In this document: positions 42,460 to 53,149 of the stretch, piece by piece
Position numbering within the stretch: position 1 is the first letter of the stretch
Layout: each line of letters begins with the position of its first letter
Assembly (NCBI GenBank): GCA_963850305.1
Contig: CAWKKR010000008.1
Coordinates: 736,001-800,000, forward strand
Origin: an uncultured delta proteobacterium
GTDB taxonomy: Bacteria > Myxococcota_A > Polyangia > Polyangiales > Polyangiaceae
Length of the DNA stretch: 64,000 bases
Reading direction: 5' to 3'
The notes under the pieces: generated by a model
The model's database searches: none
What the model saw: the letters and a program-made list of their open reading frames with translations, nothing else
Told to the model about the DNA's origin: nothing
Program-made: the position numbers and the translations under genes

Positions 42460-43170
42460 ATGGCGACCGATCGACGGAATTTCCGCGACACGAGGGCCCC
42501 CCAGATCCGAGTCAATCACCGCATCCGCGTTCCCGAAGTCCGGGTCGTGTTGGAAGAAGGCGGTGTGATGCTCGGAGTCATGTCGACGCAGCAGGCGCTG
42601 CGCGAAGCCGAACAGCGCGGGCTCGACCTCGTCGAGGTGAACCCCAAAGCCGCGCCGCCAGTCTGCAAGATTCTCGACTTCGGTAAGTTCAAGTACGAGG
42701 AGAAGAAGCGAGCCCGGGACGCGAAGCGAAAGCAGACCGTCGTCGAAGTGAAGGAGCTCAAGCTCCGTCCGAAGACGGACGACCACGACCTCGACGTGAA
42801 GCTCCGCGCGGCGCGCCGCTTCATCGAGGCGGGCAACAAGGTCAAATTCACGGTGCGCTTCCGCGGACGCGAGATCGCGCACCCCCAGCGTGCCCAGATG
42901 CAGCTCGACTGGCTGCGCGCCAAAGCGGACGATCTGGCGACGGTCGAACAACCACCGAGCATGGAGGCCCGTGCCATGAGCTTGATCCTGGCACCGCGGC
43001 CGCAGGTGCTGCAGAAGCTCGCCAGCGATCGTCAGAAGGAGCGGCAGGCGAAGCGCGAGCGCGGCGAGGATCACGACGAGCACGAGGACGAGATCGACGA
43101 GGATATCGACACCGGCGACGACGCGGACGACGACGACGATGACGCGGACGACGGCGCCGCGGAAGGATGA
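42460..43170 (+). CDS. infC: Translation initiation factor IF-3 with acidic C-terminal extension
   Basis: LDLVEVNPKAAPPVCKILDFGKFKYE, KELKLRP, FRGRE; follows thrS. Confidence 0.95.
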   Translation: MATDRRNFRDTRAPQIRVNHRIRVPEVRVVLEEGGVMLGVMSTQQALREAEQRGLDLVEVNPKAAPPVCKILDFGKFKYEEKKRARDAKRKQTVVEVKELKLRPKTDDHDLDVKLRAARRFIEAGNKVKFTVRFRGREIAHPQRAQMQLDWLRAKADDLATVEQPPSMEARAMSLILAPRPQVLQKLASDRQKERQAKRERGEDHDEHEDEIDEDIDTGDDADDDDDDADDGAAEG

Positions 43171-43201
43171 GCCCGGCCTTACGGCGGCTCTGCCGGGCGG
43201 C

Positions 43202-44630
43202 TCAGTGGAAGAGGCCGCCGAAATAAGCGCCCACGGCACCCGCAGCGGCGACGACGACGACGACGACCGCGATCATCGCTCCCGAGCCTCCGCTCTTTGC
43301 GGGCGGGGCCGGGGTCGGCGGCGGTAGCGGTGCCCGCGATGTGACCGCCGGTGCCGGCGGGGGGACGGCGGAGTCGGCTGAAGAAGAGGACCCGGTCGAG
43401 GAAGGCGGCTCGTCGTCCCCCTCGAGGGCGGCGAGATTGCCGGCTTCGTAAGACGCTCTCGGTAGCGACGGCCGGCTGTCGTCCTTGGCTGGAGCGACGT
43501 CGAGGTCCTTCGCCCAATCTTGCATGTCCTCGAACGAACCGAGGTTGAGCGGCGAAGCCCCGCCTGGCGCCTCCTTCGGCGCGGAGACGGTGCTGCCGTC
43601 ACTGCGCTTCACGGGGGCGTCGAGCGACGTGAATTCGACCATCGCCTCGTCGATGAGCGAGCCGATGATCGAGACCTTGTCGTCCTTCTGTTTCTTGTGC
43701 CGTTCTCCCTCGCGCGCGAGCATCGCTTCGCGCACGAGCGTCGCGATGTCGAACGACGACACGGCGTGCCCGACGCGATAGAGATGTACGTTGAGATCGC
43801 GGCCGAGATCTCGCGCCGACTGGTATCGACGCGCGGACTCGCTTCGCGAGCGCCTTCTGCACGATGCGCTCGAGCTCCGGCGTCACCTCCGGGTTCATCT
43901 GCGAGAGCGCCGGAATCCGCGCCGCTTGAACCTGGCGCACGGTATCGATGTCCGACTCCCCGAGGAACAGCTTCCGCCCGGCGAGCATCTCCCACAGCAT
44001 GATGCCGATGGCGAAGATGTCCGTGCGATGGTCCACGCTTTCGCCCATCGCCGCTTCCGGCGAGAGGTAGCTGAACTTTCCCTTGATGATACCGGGTTCG
44101 CTCCGCTCGAGCTGGCTGTTGGCCTTGGCGAGCCCGAAGTCCGCGATCTTGACCTCGCCGTGCCGCGTGATGAGGACGTTCGGCGGCGACATATCCCGGT
44201 GGACGATCCCGAGCTTCCGGCCTTTCGTGTCGGTGACTTCGTGCGCGTACGCGAGACCTTCGCAGATCTTCAGACAGATCAGGCACGCGGCTTCGAGCGG
44301 CACGCGCTGACCGCGCGATCTCCGATGTTCGATGATGGCTTTGAGGTCGGAGCCATCGACGAACTCCATGACGATGAAGTAGGTGTTGTCGCCCACTCCG
44401 ATGTCGAAGACCTGAACGCAGTTCGAATGCGACAAGTGCGCGCTCGTCCGCGCCTCGTCGAGGAACATGCCGATGAACTGCTTTTTTTCCGCGAGGTGCG
44501 GCAGCACCCGCTTGATCGCGACGATCTTCTTGAACCCCTCGAGCCCCGCGCTCTCGGCGCGATACACCTCGGCCATTCCGCCGGCGGCGATCCGTTCGAT
44601 GATCCGGTAGCGCTGTTGCTGCTGTGCCAT
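43202..44630 (-). CDS. Membrane-anchored Ser/Thr protein kinase (apparent +1 frameshift near 43841)
   Basis: IAAGGMAEVY, AIKR, HRDMSPPN, DFGLA, GKFSYLSPE; after the shift, RRYQSARDLG, a Pro-rich linker and a C-terminal TM. Confidence 0.88.
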
Positions 44631-44797
44631 CCGAGCTGGTGCCGACTCGAGTCAGGGTATGGTTCCGGCCGAGCGCAGGTCAAGGAACGTGCCGACGTCA
44701 TCGAGGCTAGCACGCCCGGCGTCCCGGCTTCCGGAGCGACGGAACGGAAGGCGCCGTCAACCGGTGCAGACCCACGCTCGAAACGAGCGGCCTTTCG

Positions 44798-44870
44798 TGG
44801 AGCCGAGGGGGATCGAACCCCTGACCTCTAGCATGCCATGCTAGCGCTCTCCCAGCTGAGCTACGGCCCC
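44798..44870 (-). tRNA. tRNA-Ala(GGC)
   Basis: Minus strand GGGGCCG/CGGCTCC-A acceptor with G3:U70; CTAGC-ATGGCAT-GCTAG anticodon arm; GGTTCGATCC. Confidence 0.95.
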
Positions 44871-44933
44871 GAACGGGCGCGCGGACCTTAGACGACGGTC
44901 AGGCTCGAAGCAAGCGGGCGGTCCCGGTGGACC

Positions 44934-45929
44934 TCAGTTCGCCGCCGCCTCCAGCAATCGCTCCGCCAGGCGCATGGCCGCGACCATACCCTCGGGATCG
45001 GCCTTGCCCGACCAGGCGATGTCATACGCGGTTCCGTGGTCGACGCTGGTGCGAACGACGCCGAGACCCATGGTGACGTTCACCGCCTCGCCGAACGCGA
45101 CGAGCTTCAGGGGGATCGTCGCCTGGTCGTGGTACATCGCGACGACGCCGTCGTATCGGCCGGCAAACGCCAGGCGATACGCCGTCTCGGCGCCGACCGG
45201 ACAGACGAAGCGCGCCTTTCGTCCGACGATCTTCTGCGCGAGGCGCGCGCCGGGAACGATCGCACGCGACTCTTCCAGACCGAGGAGCTCGCTCTCCCCG
45301 GCGTGCGGGTTGAGCGACGCGATCGCGATGAGCGGCCGTGGCTTGCCGAGCGCGTGAAGAAGAGCGACGAGCTCCACGGCGGCGTCGCGTACACCGGCAG
45401 CAGTCAGCGCCCGAGGGACGCGGCCGAGCGGCAGGTGCGTCGTCACGAGGCTCGTGACGAGTGCGGGCGACGCGAAGCACATGATCGCGTGTTTCGCGCC
45501 GTCGCGATCGCGCAGCCACTCGGTGTGGCCGCGAAAACTCGCCGCTCCCTTCACTCCCGACCGGGCGATCGCCGCCTTGCTCACGGGGCCGCTCACGAGG
45601 GCGGCACCGGGGTTCGCCTTCACGAAACGATACGCCGCGTCCACGTACGCGAGCTGCGCCGCCCCCGCGAGTTTCGACGGCTTCCCGGGACGCCGGTCAC
45701 GGGCACCGAGCACTGGGCCCGCCGGAAGGATCGCTATCGTCGTCCGATCCGGCGGCCTTCGAGCGAGCCGGACGAGACGCTCCTGCGGCACGCGGACGCG
45801 GTCAGCCGCAGCGCGCAACGTCGCCTCGTCCCCGACGAGCACGGTGGTGGTGCCGCGCAGCTTGGCAGCGGCGAGCACGGAAACCTCAGGGCCCACTCCT
45901 GCGGGGCAGCCGGTCGAGACGACGATCAT
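44934..45929 (-). CDS. pdxA: 4-hydroxythreonine-4-phosphate dehydrogenase
   Basis: GCPAGVGPE, GHTE, LNPHAGE, AMYHDQ, RTSVDHGTAYDIA; ATG overlaps the upstream stop. Confidence 0.92.
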   Translation of the reverse strand: MIVVSTGCPAGVGPEVSVLAAAKLRGTTTVLVGDEATLRAAADRVRVPQERLVRLARRPPDRTTIAILPAGPVLGARDRRPGKPSKLAGAAQLAYVDAAYRFVKANPGAALVSGPVSKAAIARSGVKGAASFRGHTEWLRDRDGAKHAIMCFASPALVTSLVTTHLPLGRVPRALTAAGVRDAAVELVALLHALGKPRPLIAIASLNPHAGESELLGLEESRAIVPGARLAQKIVGRKARFVCPVGAETAYRLAFAGRYDGVVAMYHDQATIPLKLVAFGEAVNVTMGLGVVRTSVDHGTAYDIAWSGKADPEGMVAAMRLAERLLEAAAN

Positions 45930-46723
45930 TCTTCTTCGGAGGCCGGCGCGTCCGGCACCCGAAGCTTGTATCCGGACCCTCTGAGGGTGTCGAGCGGGAG
46001 CGCTTCTCCCAGCTTCGCCCGCAGCCGTCGAACGTGGATGTCCACCGTACGGGGCCCGCCGTCGTAACGATTCCCCCACACCCGCGCGAGCAGGTGGTCG
46101 CGAGACAGCACCTTCCCCCGCCGGTCGCACAGGTACGCCAGCAGAGCGAACTCCTTGGCGGTGAGCTGGACGTGACGGCCGTCGACACTCACTTCCTGCG
46201 CGGCCTTGTCGACCATGATGCCGCCGATCTTGTGGCGCTCCTCGGTCGCGAACTCGCTCTTCCGCCACTCGACGGCTCGGATGCGCGCGTAGAGCTCTTC
46301 CGGAACATAAGGATGGAGGACGAAATCATCGAAGCCGCTCGATGGCTCGATGCGCGCCATCTGCCCGACCGTCACGGCGACGATCGCCCCGACGTTGTCG
46401 AACGTGGATTCCTTCCGAACCGCCCGGAGCGCCGCAATCGCGAGGTCCGGACGATCGAGCGCCTCGAACAGCAACGCGCGAGGCCGTGCCTCATCGTCCG
46501 GGTCGTCGTCCGCGAAGAGATTGATCGGATCGTCCCAGAGATCGAGCGTGCGGACGGTCGCCCCCAGCTGCCGCAGCGTCGACGTGGCGCCGTCGTCGCG
46601 CTCGAGGAGCGGACCATGCCCGATGACCGCCACGAACGAGCGGGCGCGAGCAGACTTTTGTTCAGGCGATTTCGGTACCACCGATTGTAATTCGCGAGAT
46701 CTTGATGGTTGGACAGCCCACAC
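45926..46723 (-). CDS. OmpR/PhoB-type winged-helix regulator with degenerate receiver domain
   Basis: LTAKEFALL, VLSRDHLL, RTVDIHVRRLRAKL, TLRGSGY; receiver remnant GFDDFVLHPY has His where the conserved Lys is expected. Start uncertain. Confidence 0.85.
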   Translation of the reverse strand: MWAVQPSRSRELQSVVPKSPEQKSARARSFVAVIGHGPLLERDDGATSTLRQLGATVRTLDLWDDPINLFADDDPDDEARPRALLFEALDRPDLAIAALRAVRKESTFDNVGAIVAVTVGQMARIEPSSGFDDFVLHPYVPEELYARIRAVEWRKSEFATEERHKIGGIMVDKAAQEVSVDGRHVQLTAKEFALLAYLCDRRGKVLSRDHLLARVWGNRYDGGPRTVDIHVRRLRAKLGEALPLDTLRGSGYKLRVPDAPASEEE

Positions 46724-48110
46724 CTACCGGCACGCTCTGGCCGTCTTTTCCGCACGTCCAGATGCCGTCCGAGACGGCTACATCGGTACCCAGCATGGAT
46801 ACTTCGCGCAATGTTTCTGGACCATTGCCGATGAGATTCACGCCCTTCAAGGGCGCCGTTATTTTTCCATCTTCTATCAGGTAGCTCTCGGTGAGGGAAA
46901 AGACGAAGTCGCCGTTCGAGATATCGACCTGTCCCCCCCCGAAAGTCTTCGCAAAAACGCCCTTCTTCACGCTCCGCACGATTTCCTCGGGGTCGTGCGG
47001 CCCGGCCAGGAGCACCGTGTTGGTCATACGGGGCATCGGGACGCTCGCGAAGGTCTCACGCCGGCCATTGCCGGTCGGCTCGGTCCGGAAGTGTCGCGCC
47101 GAGAGGCGATCGTGCATGTAACCGCGCAGCGTCCCCTCCTCGATGAGCACGTTCTTCCGCGGCTCGGCGCCTTCGTCATCCACGTTGATGGACCCGCGGG
47201 ACTGGAAGAGCGTCGGATCGTCGACCACGGTGCACAGCGCGCTCGCAACGCGCTTGCCGACCTGGCCAGTGTAGTTGCTCGTGCCCTTGCGGTTGAAATC
47301 CGCCTCGAGCCCGTGCCCGACGGCTTCGTGCAGCAGGATGCCGCTGTCACCCGGCGCGAGCACGACCTCCATCTGCCCCGCCGGTGCCTCCCGTGCGTCG
47401 AGCAGCACCAGAGCCTGCCGCACCGCTTCCTTCGCATGCTTCTCGGGCGACGCGGCGTCGAAGTACCCGAGCGTCATGCGTCCGCCGCCGCCGCTCCGTC
47501 CCGACTCGCGCCGCCCGTTCTGTTCCACGATGACGCGCATGCCGAATCGAAACAGAGGTTGAACGTCGTGCGCGAAGCTTCCCGAGCTCGTGGCGACGAG
47601 CACTTCCCGGACTTCCTCGACGAACGACGCTTCTACCTTGTGGACGCGCGAGTCCTCGGCCATCGCCGCGCGGCTGGCCCGTTCGAGCAGCATCCGCTTC
47701 TCGCGACCGTCGACGTCGAGCGTGAGCTTGCCGCGGGCGTAGCGCTCCGGAAGCACCGAGGGCGAGAGACCCACGACGCCACCGGCAGACCCGCCCGCGA
47801 TCCTCGCCGCCGTCTCCGCCGCACGCTTCATGGCGTCCCAGGAAAGATCCTCCACATGAGCGTAACCCGTGGCGTCTCCTCTCTGGACGCGCACGCCGAG
47901 CCCGAGGCCGGTGCCGCGCGACGCGCTCCGGGTGATCCCCTCTTCGAAGGTGAGGCTGCCGCTAGCCCGATATTCGAAGAACAGATCCGCGTAATCCCCC
48001 CCCCGGGAGAGGGCGATTTCGAGCAGCCGGCGGCACGTGTCCTGGTCGATCGCATTCGGGCCCCCAGGGGCGAAAGGCGCGCGGTAGCTCTCGCTGGTCG
48101 TCATGGGCAT
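46662..48110 (-). CDS. tldD: TldD metalloprotease
   Basis: GILLHEAVGHGLEADFNRKG, DDEG, TGNGRRE, PRMTNT, CGKDGQSVPVGVG. Confidence 0.93.
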   Translation of the reverse strand: MPMTTSESYRAPFAPGGPNAIDQDTCRRLLEIALSRGGDYADLFFEYRASGSLTFEEGITRSASRGTGLGLGVRVQRGDATGYAHVEDLSWDAMKRAAETAARIAGGSAGGVVGLSPSVLPERYARGKLTLDVDGREKRMLLERASRAAMAEDSRVHKVEASFVEEVREVLVATSSGSFAHDVQPLFRFGMRVIVEQNGRRESGRSGGGGRMTLGYFDAASPEKHAKEAVRQALVLLDAREAPAGQMEVVLAPGDSGILLHEAVGHGLEADFNRKGTSNYTGQVGKRVASALCTVVDDPTLFQSRGSINVDDEGAEPRKNVLIEEGTLRGYMHDRLSARHFRTEPTGNGRRETFASVPMPRMTNTVLLAGPHDPEEIVRSVKKGVFAKTFGGGQVDISNGDFVFSLTESYLIEDGKITAPLKGVNLIGNGPETLREVSMLGTDVAVSDGIWTCGKDGQSVPVGVGCPTIKISRITIGGTEIA

Positions 48111-48382
48111 CGGTAGGGAGTGATACCACCACGCAGACCGCCGAGCAGACGCCACTCCGCGATGTATGGCCTGGCGTTCGTTGTCCTTTTCGACCTCGAG
48201 CTGCGGCAGCCGCGGCGTCCTCGTTGTTAGCGAAGCCGCTAGGAGACACACCGTGAACGGGACGATCGCCGAGCTAACGCGCGGCAGCAACCCGCGGCGC
48301 CTGCGCCTTGACCCCTCGCCAAGCCTGGAGGTACGCTTTATGACTTCGGAAAACGCCAGCGATTTCCGAATAGAAGAGTACT

Positions 48383-51080
48383 TTGGCCCTCGATCGCGAG
48401 AAGATACTCCAGGCCGCCCAGAAGCATGTCGACAAGAAGAAGTTCGACAAGGCGATCCAGGAATACCAAAAGATCATCCAGCAGGATCCGACCGACGCAC
48501 GGACTCTGCTGAAGATCGGTGATCTGCAAGCGCGGATGGACGCGTACGCGGAGGCGATCGCCACCTATGACCGTGTCGGCCAGCACTACTCGGCGCAGGG
48601 CTTCGCCCTCAAGGCCATCGCCGTTTACAAGCAGATCCGCGAGCTGATCAAGAAGCACGTCCCTCAACTGGAGGACCGGTACGGGCACATCGTTCCGAAG
48701 CTCGCGACGATCTACACGGAGCTCGGGCTCACCACGGACGCCCTCGCCGCGTACGACGAGGTCGCGACCCGGCTACAGCGGGCCGGACGCGACCGCGACG
48801 CGATCGACGTGTTCCGCAAGATGGTGTCGCTCGACGCCACGAACCCGCTTCCTCATCTCCGCCTCGCGGAAGCCTGCTGCCGAGTTCAGGCGGTCGACGA
48901 AGCCATCGATTCGTTCTGGACGGCCGCCGAGCTGTTGATCCGTCTGAAACGGCGCGACGACGCTCTCAAGGTCGTCGAGCGGATCTTGCACTTTCGCGCG
49001 GAAGCCAAGTACGCGCGCGTCGCGGCTCAACTCTATCTGGAACGCGGCGGGCAACAGGACGGCCTGCAAGCGCTCGCGAAGCTGCAGCTCTGCTTCCAGG
49101 CCGATCCGAAGAACATCGAGGTCCTCGATCTCCTGTCCCGCGCCTTCGTCGCGATCGGACAAGCGCCGAAGGCCCTCGAAGTCAAAAAGGAGATCGCTCG
49201 ACTCGCGCAGGAGCAAGGGCGCGCTGACGTGTTCGATGAGGTGATGGCGTTCCTCCGGAACGCGGCCCCGGACGACGAACAGGTGCTTGCGCTGCTGCGC
49301 GGGCCGATGTCCGTGCGGCCCGGGGCAACCTCCCAGCGCCCCGAAGCCAGCTACGACGACGTCGAGTTGATCGACTCATCCGTACACCCGCAACCGAGCT
49401 CGCGGGCGGCCGTATCGATCGTTCCCGATACGTCGGATTTCGACTTCGACGACGAGCCGGTGTCGCGCGGTGCACTCGCGAGCTCCGTGCGGATAGACGA
49501 CGCGGAGCGGGACGTCCGCGCGGCGCGGCCGTTCATGGCGAGCTCCCCGGATGTCGTCGTCGTGGACGAGGACATCGAGGCCGCCGAGGAAATCGTCGGC
49601 GCGGACTCGGCCGATGCGCACGCACATGCCCGGAAAGCGGTCGTGGATGCCGAGTCGTTCCGCGGCCTCCGCCTCTACAGCAAGGCCATCGAGACCTTGC
49701 ACATCGCGCTCGAGATCGAGCCGCAGTCGCTCGAGATTCGCGAAAAGCTCCGCGACGTCTTGCTCGAAGCGGGCGATCGTGACGGCGCGATCGGCGAGAT
49801 GATTTCGCTCGCCGCGATCCACATCGACCGGGGGGCATTCGGAGACGCCGAGGCCGAGCTCTATCAGGTGCTCGAGGCCGAACCAGGACATCCGACGGCC
49901 TTCGAGATGCTCGAGCAACTCGCGGCGTATCGGTGGCGAGGTCGCGCCGTACACCGACGAGCACAATGACACGACCACCGCAGAAGTCGCCGAGCCGGAG
50001 CTCATCCGCGAGCCTTACGACCCCGAGGCGCCGCTGCCCTCGTACGACTTCGAAGAGATCCCGGCGGCCGCTGCGATTCGCGAAGACCCTGCGCACGGTC
50101 GGCGCGCGCTCGAGCAGGCGGATGATCCGTTCGAGACCATGGCCCGCGAGGCGCCGGCACAGGCGTTCCTGCGCAAGGTCGAGGACCTGGATGATTTCAT
50201 CGAAGAGCCAGAGCCCGCCGCGCCTCCGCCCCGGGCGTCACTCGCGCCGTCGGGCGTGGAAGGCATCGAAGAGGCGCTCGAGGAGGCCGAGTTCTTCACG
50301 CTGCGCGGTCTGGTGGACGACGCGCGTGCGATCCTCGTGGACGCGCTCGCGCGGGCACCGGGGCACCCGCTGCTCGTCGAGCGGCTGCGAGAGCTCGACG
50401 GCAACCCGGACACCGCCCAGAGCGGCACGCACGAACGGACCGACCCCGAGCAGGCGCCTCAGGAAGACCGCGTCTTCGACATCGCCGCGTCGCTCGACGC
50501 TCTCGACGAGCTCGAACAAGCCACCCGATCGTCGCGCCCGCCGACGTCACTGCGTCCCGTCGACGAGGTCGACGTCGACCAGGTCTTCGCGAAGTTCAAG
50601 GAAGGCGTCCGCGCGCAGATCTCCGACTCCGACAGCTCGACGCACTACGATCTGGGCGTCGCTTACAAGGAGATGGGCCTCTTGCCCGACGCCATCAACG
50701 AATTCGGCGTCGCCGCCCGGGATCCGAAGTTCGAGTGCACCTGCTACGCCATGATCGGGATGATTCAGCTGGAGCAGGGCCAGTTCGACGATGCCGCCGA
50801 GTCTTACATTCGTGGCCTCGGGGCGGCGCAGAAGACCATCGATCAGGAGATGAGCCTCTATTACGACGTCGGAAACGTGTACGAGCTGAAGGGGAACAAC
50901 CCCGAGGCCCTCTATTACTTTCAGAAGATCGCGCGCCGCGATCCCGGCTACCGCGACGTCAAGGACCGTGTCGACGCCCTGACCCCCGCCTCGGCGGCAA
51001 AGCCGACCGCCGCCAAGCGTCAGCTCCAGAGCGACGACGAGCTCGAAGCCGCCTTCGACGATCTATTCGAATCCAAGTGA
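48383..51080 (+). CDS. Large TPR protein, SgmX-like architecture (apparent +1 frameshift near 49930)
   Basis: N-terminal TPRs (KKFDKAIQEY, LKIGDL, GFALKAIAVYKQI), acidic linker, C-terminal THYDLGVAYKEMGL...YRDV TPRs. Confidence 0.75.
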
Positions 51081-51100
51081 ATGTCCGCGTGCCTACTGGG

Positions 51101-51601
51101 AAAGGGGGCCTTGCCCTTGCCCCCGCGGCTCGCTGCGCGACCGCTCCCCCGCCGCCTTCGGCGGGCTCGTGTTCGCAAGGGGGTCTTGACCCCCGCGGCT
51201 CGCTCCGCGACCGCTCCCCCGCCGCCTTCGGCGCGCTCGTGTTCGCAAGGGGGTCTTGACCCCCGCGGCTCGCTTCGCGACCGCTCCCCCGCCGCCTTCG
51301 GCGCGCTCGTGTTCGCAAGGGGGTCTTGACCCCCGCGGCTCGCTCCGCGACCGCTCCCCCGCCGCCTTCGGCGCGCTCGTGTTCGCAAGGGGGTCTTGAC
51401 CCCCGCGGCTTGCTTCGCAACCGCTCCCCCCGCCGCCTTCGGCGCGCTCGTGTTCGCAAGGGGGTCTTGACCCCCGCGGCTCGCTTCGCGACCGCTCCCC
51501 CGCCGCCTTCGGCGGGCTCGTGTTCGCAAGGGGGTCTTGACCCCCGCGGCTTGCTTCGCAACCGCTCCCCCCGCCGCCTTCGGCGCGCTCGCTGCGCTCG
51601 C
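51101..51601. repeat. 70-bp structured tandem array 1 (6 full units plus 1 partial)
   Basis: Units start at 51120, 51190, 51260, 51330, 51400, 51471 and 51541; consensus CCCCCGCGGCTCGCTCCGCGACCGCTCCCCCGCCGCCTTCGGCG(C/G)GCTCGTGTTCGCAAGGGGGTCTTGA. Confidence 0.95.
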
Positions 51602-51659
51602 GTAGTGCCGCGGCTCTTTGATCCCTCGGGGACGACGCTGCTCGTCGATGCGGAACTAC
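51602..51659. repeat. GTAG...CTAC hairpin element, homologous to 16905-16961
   Basis: GTAGTGCCGC...GACGACGCTGCTCGTCGATGCGGAACTAC. Confidence 0.85.
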
Positions 51660-51668
51660 TAGGAAGCT

Positions 51669-52901
51669 CTACGCCGCATGAGGTTTGATCTCGACTTCGC
51701 AGCCGAGGTCGGTCAAGCGGCGGACGAGGCGTTTGATGGTCTTGCTCTGGTCGCGGCGGTCGAAGTGATGGGGTCCGAGGTCGCGGTAGGGAGTGCCGTC
51801 GCGGAGCATGTAGAAGGCGGCGGTGAGCATCGATGCGGCGACGGCCAAGATCGCCTTCTTTGCTCCACGGCGGGACTTGAGCCGGAGAAACTGGGCTCGA
51901 AGGTAGCTTTCCTTCGTGCGCACCGCGGCCCAGGCGGATGTGACGAGCGTCGTCTTGAGCCAGTTGGCGCTCTTGCGGACGCGCGTCGAGCGACGCTTGC
52001 CGGCGCTCTCGTCGTTGCGGGGGCAGAGGCCGGCCCAGGACACGAGGTGTCCCGCAGACGGGAAGCGCGACATGTCGACGCCGATCTCCGCCACGATCAC
52101 GTTCGCGACGATGTCACTCACTCCCGGCATCGTCGTCAGGATCTCGGCGTGCGCCCGGATCGGCTCCAGCGCTTTTCCCGCAGCTGCATCGATCTCGGCC
52201 AGGGCCCCTTCGAGCGAGCCGATGACGCCGAGATGCAGCTTCAGCATGGCTCGGTGATGAGGGGTAACCCGCCCGCGCAGCGCTTCGATCAAGTCGGCCC
52301 TCTTCTTGCGCGCGGTACCGACCGCGAGATCGGCAAGGCGCTCGGGGTCATCTTCTCCGGCGATGAGAGCGGCGAGCATCGCCCGGCCGCTGGTCCCGAG
52401 CACGCTGGACAGGACGCTCGCGACCTTGATGTTCGAGTCCTCGAGCGTTTTCTGTATGCGCAGCGTGTGCTGGGCGATTTCTCGCACGAGCTGCGCGCGC
52501 GTTCGAGTGAGATCGCGCAGCTCCTGGATTCGCGCAGGAGGCACGAAACTGCTGCGGATCAGCCCGTGCGCGAGCAGATCGGCGATCCACGTCGCGTCGT
52601 TCACGTCGGTCTTGCGCCCTGGCACGTTGCGAATGTGCTGGGCGTTCGCGAGCACGAGTTCGAAGCTCCCTTCGAGCATGTGCCAGACCGGCTTCCAGTA
52701 CACGCCGGTGGCCTCCATCGCCACGTGGGTCACGCCGTGCTCCTCGAGCCATTCCGCCAGCTCGAAGAGGCTACGTGTGGTCGTGCCGAACGTTCGGACC
52801 TCGCGCCGCGTTGGTTCGCTGACGCAGCGCACGCAGGCAACGACGCTATCCTTGTGGACGTCGAGGCCCGCGCAACGGGGATACATGACTTCCATGACCA
52901 T
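51669..52901 (-). CDS. IS110-family DEDD recombinase/transposase
   Basis: GLDVHK, MEATGVYW, KTDVNDA, LCPRNDESAGK; AGGAGG RBS. Confidence 0.96.
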   Translation of the reverse strand: MVMEVMYPRCAGLDVHKDSVVACVRCVSEPTRREVRTFGTTTRSLFELAEWLEEHGVTHVAMEATGVYWKPVWHMLEGSFELVLANAQHIRNVPGRKTDVNDATWIADLLAHGLIRSSFVPPARIQELRDLTRTRAQLVREIAQHTLRIQKTLEDSNIKVASVLSSVLGTSGRAMLAALIAGEDDPERLADLAVGTARKKRADLIEALRGRVTPHHRAMLKLHLGVIGSLEGALAEIDAAAGKALEPIRAHAEILTTMPGVSDIVANVIVAEIGVDMSRFPSAGHLVSWAGLCPRNDESAGKRRSTRVRKSANWLKTTLVTSAWAAVRTKESYLRAQFLRLKSRRGAKKAILAVAASMLTAAFYMLRDGTPYRDLGPHHFDRRDQSKTIKRLVRRLTDLGCEVEIKPHAA

Positions 52902-52904
52902 CTC

Positions 52905-53100
52905 CTCCTTTCGGCGCGTCGAGAGGAGCCCTCGTCATCGAAGTCTACTAGGCGTGCTCCCGGATCTTTCGACCCGCGGTCACAATTCGGGGTGCTCGCA
53001 GGGCTCCGGGTCCATCTACTGAACGGGTTCTTGGCACCAAGTCACGGCCGACCTCGTTCCCGACGCCGCGGCAGGATACACTCGACTCCACCGTCCACGC
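52905..53100 (-). ncRNA. Putative bridge RNA of the IS110 element (boundaries approximate)
   Basis: Non-coding end contains TCAGTAG (53016-53022), matching the upstream flank plus core, and CCTAGTAG (52945-52952), matching the distal element end plus core. Confidence 0.6.
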
Positions 53101-53149
53101 GACGACCCGAGCTTCATGCTTCGGGGACGGCGCTCTCGCCGATGGGCAT

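Noticed and set aside
44630..44800. Integrative element at tRNA-Ala or tRNA-Val
   Set aside because: No integrase and no duplicated tRNA 3' end seen; neighbours are core genes.
51120..51600. CRISPR array interpretation of the 70-bp arrays (also 61533-61940)
   Set aside because: Units are contiguous and near-identical with no unique spacers, and there are no cas genes in the window.
50959..51688. ORFs over the 70-bp arrays (also 60857-61801 and 61506-63026)
   Set aside because: A 70-bp unit shifts frame each copy and gives Arg/Gly/Pro-rich translations; these are repeat artefacts.
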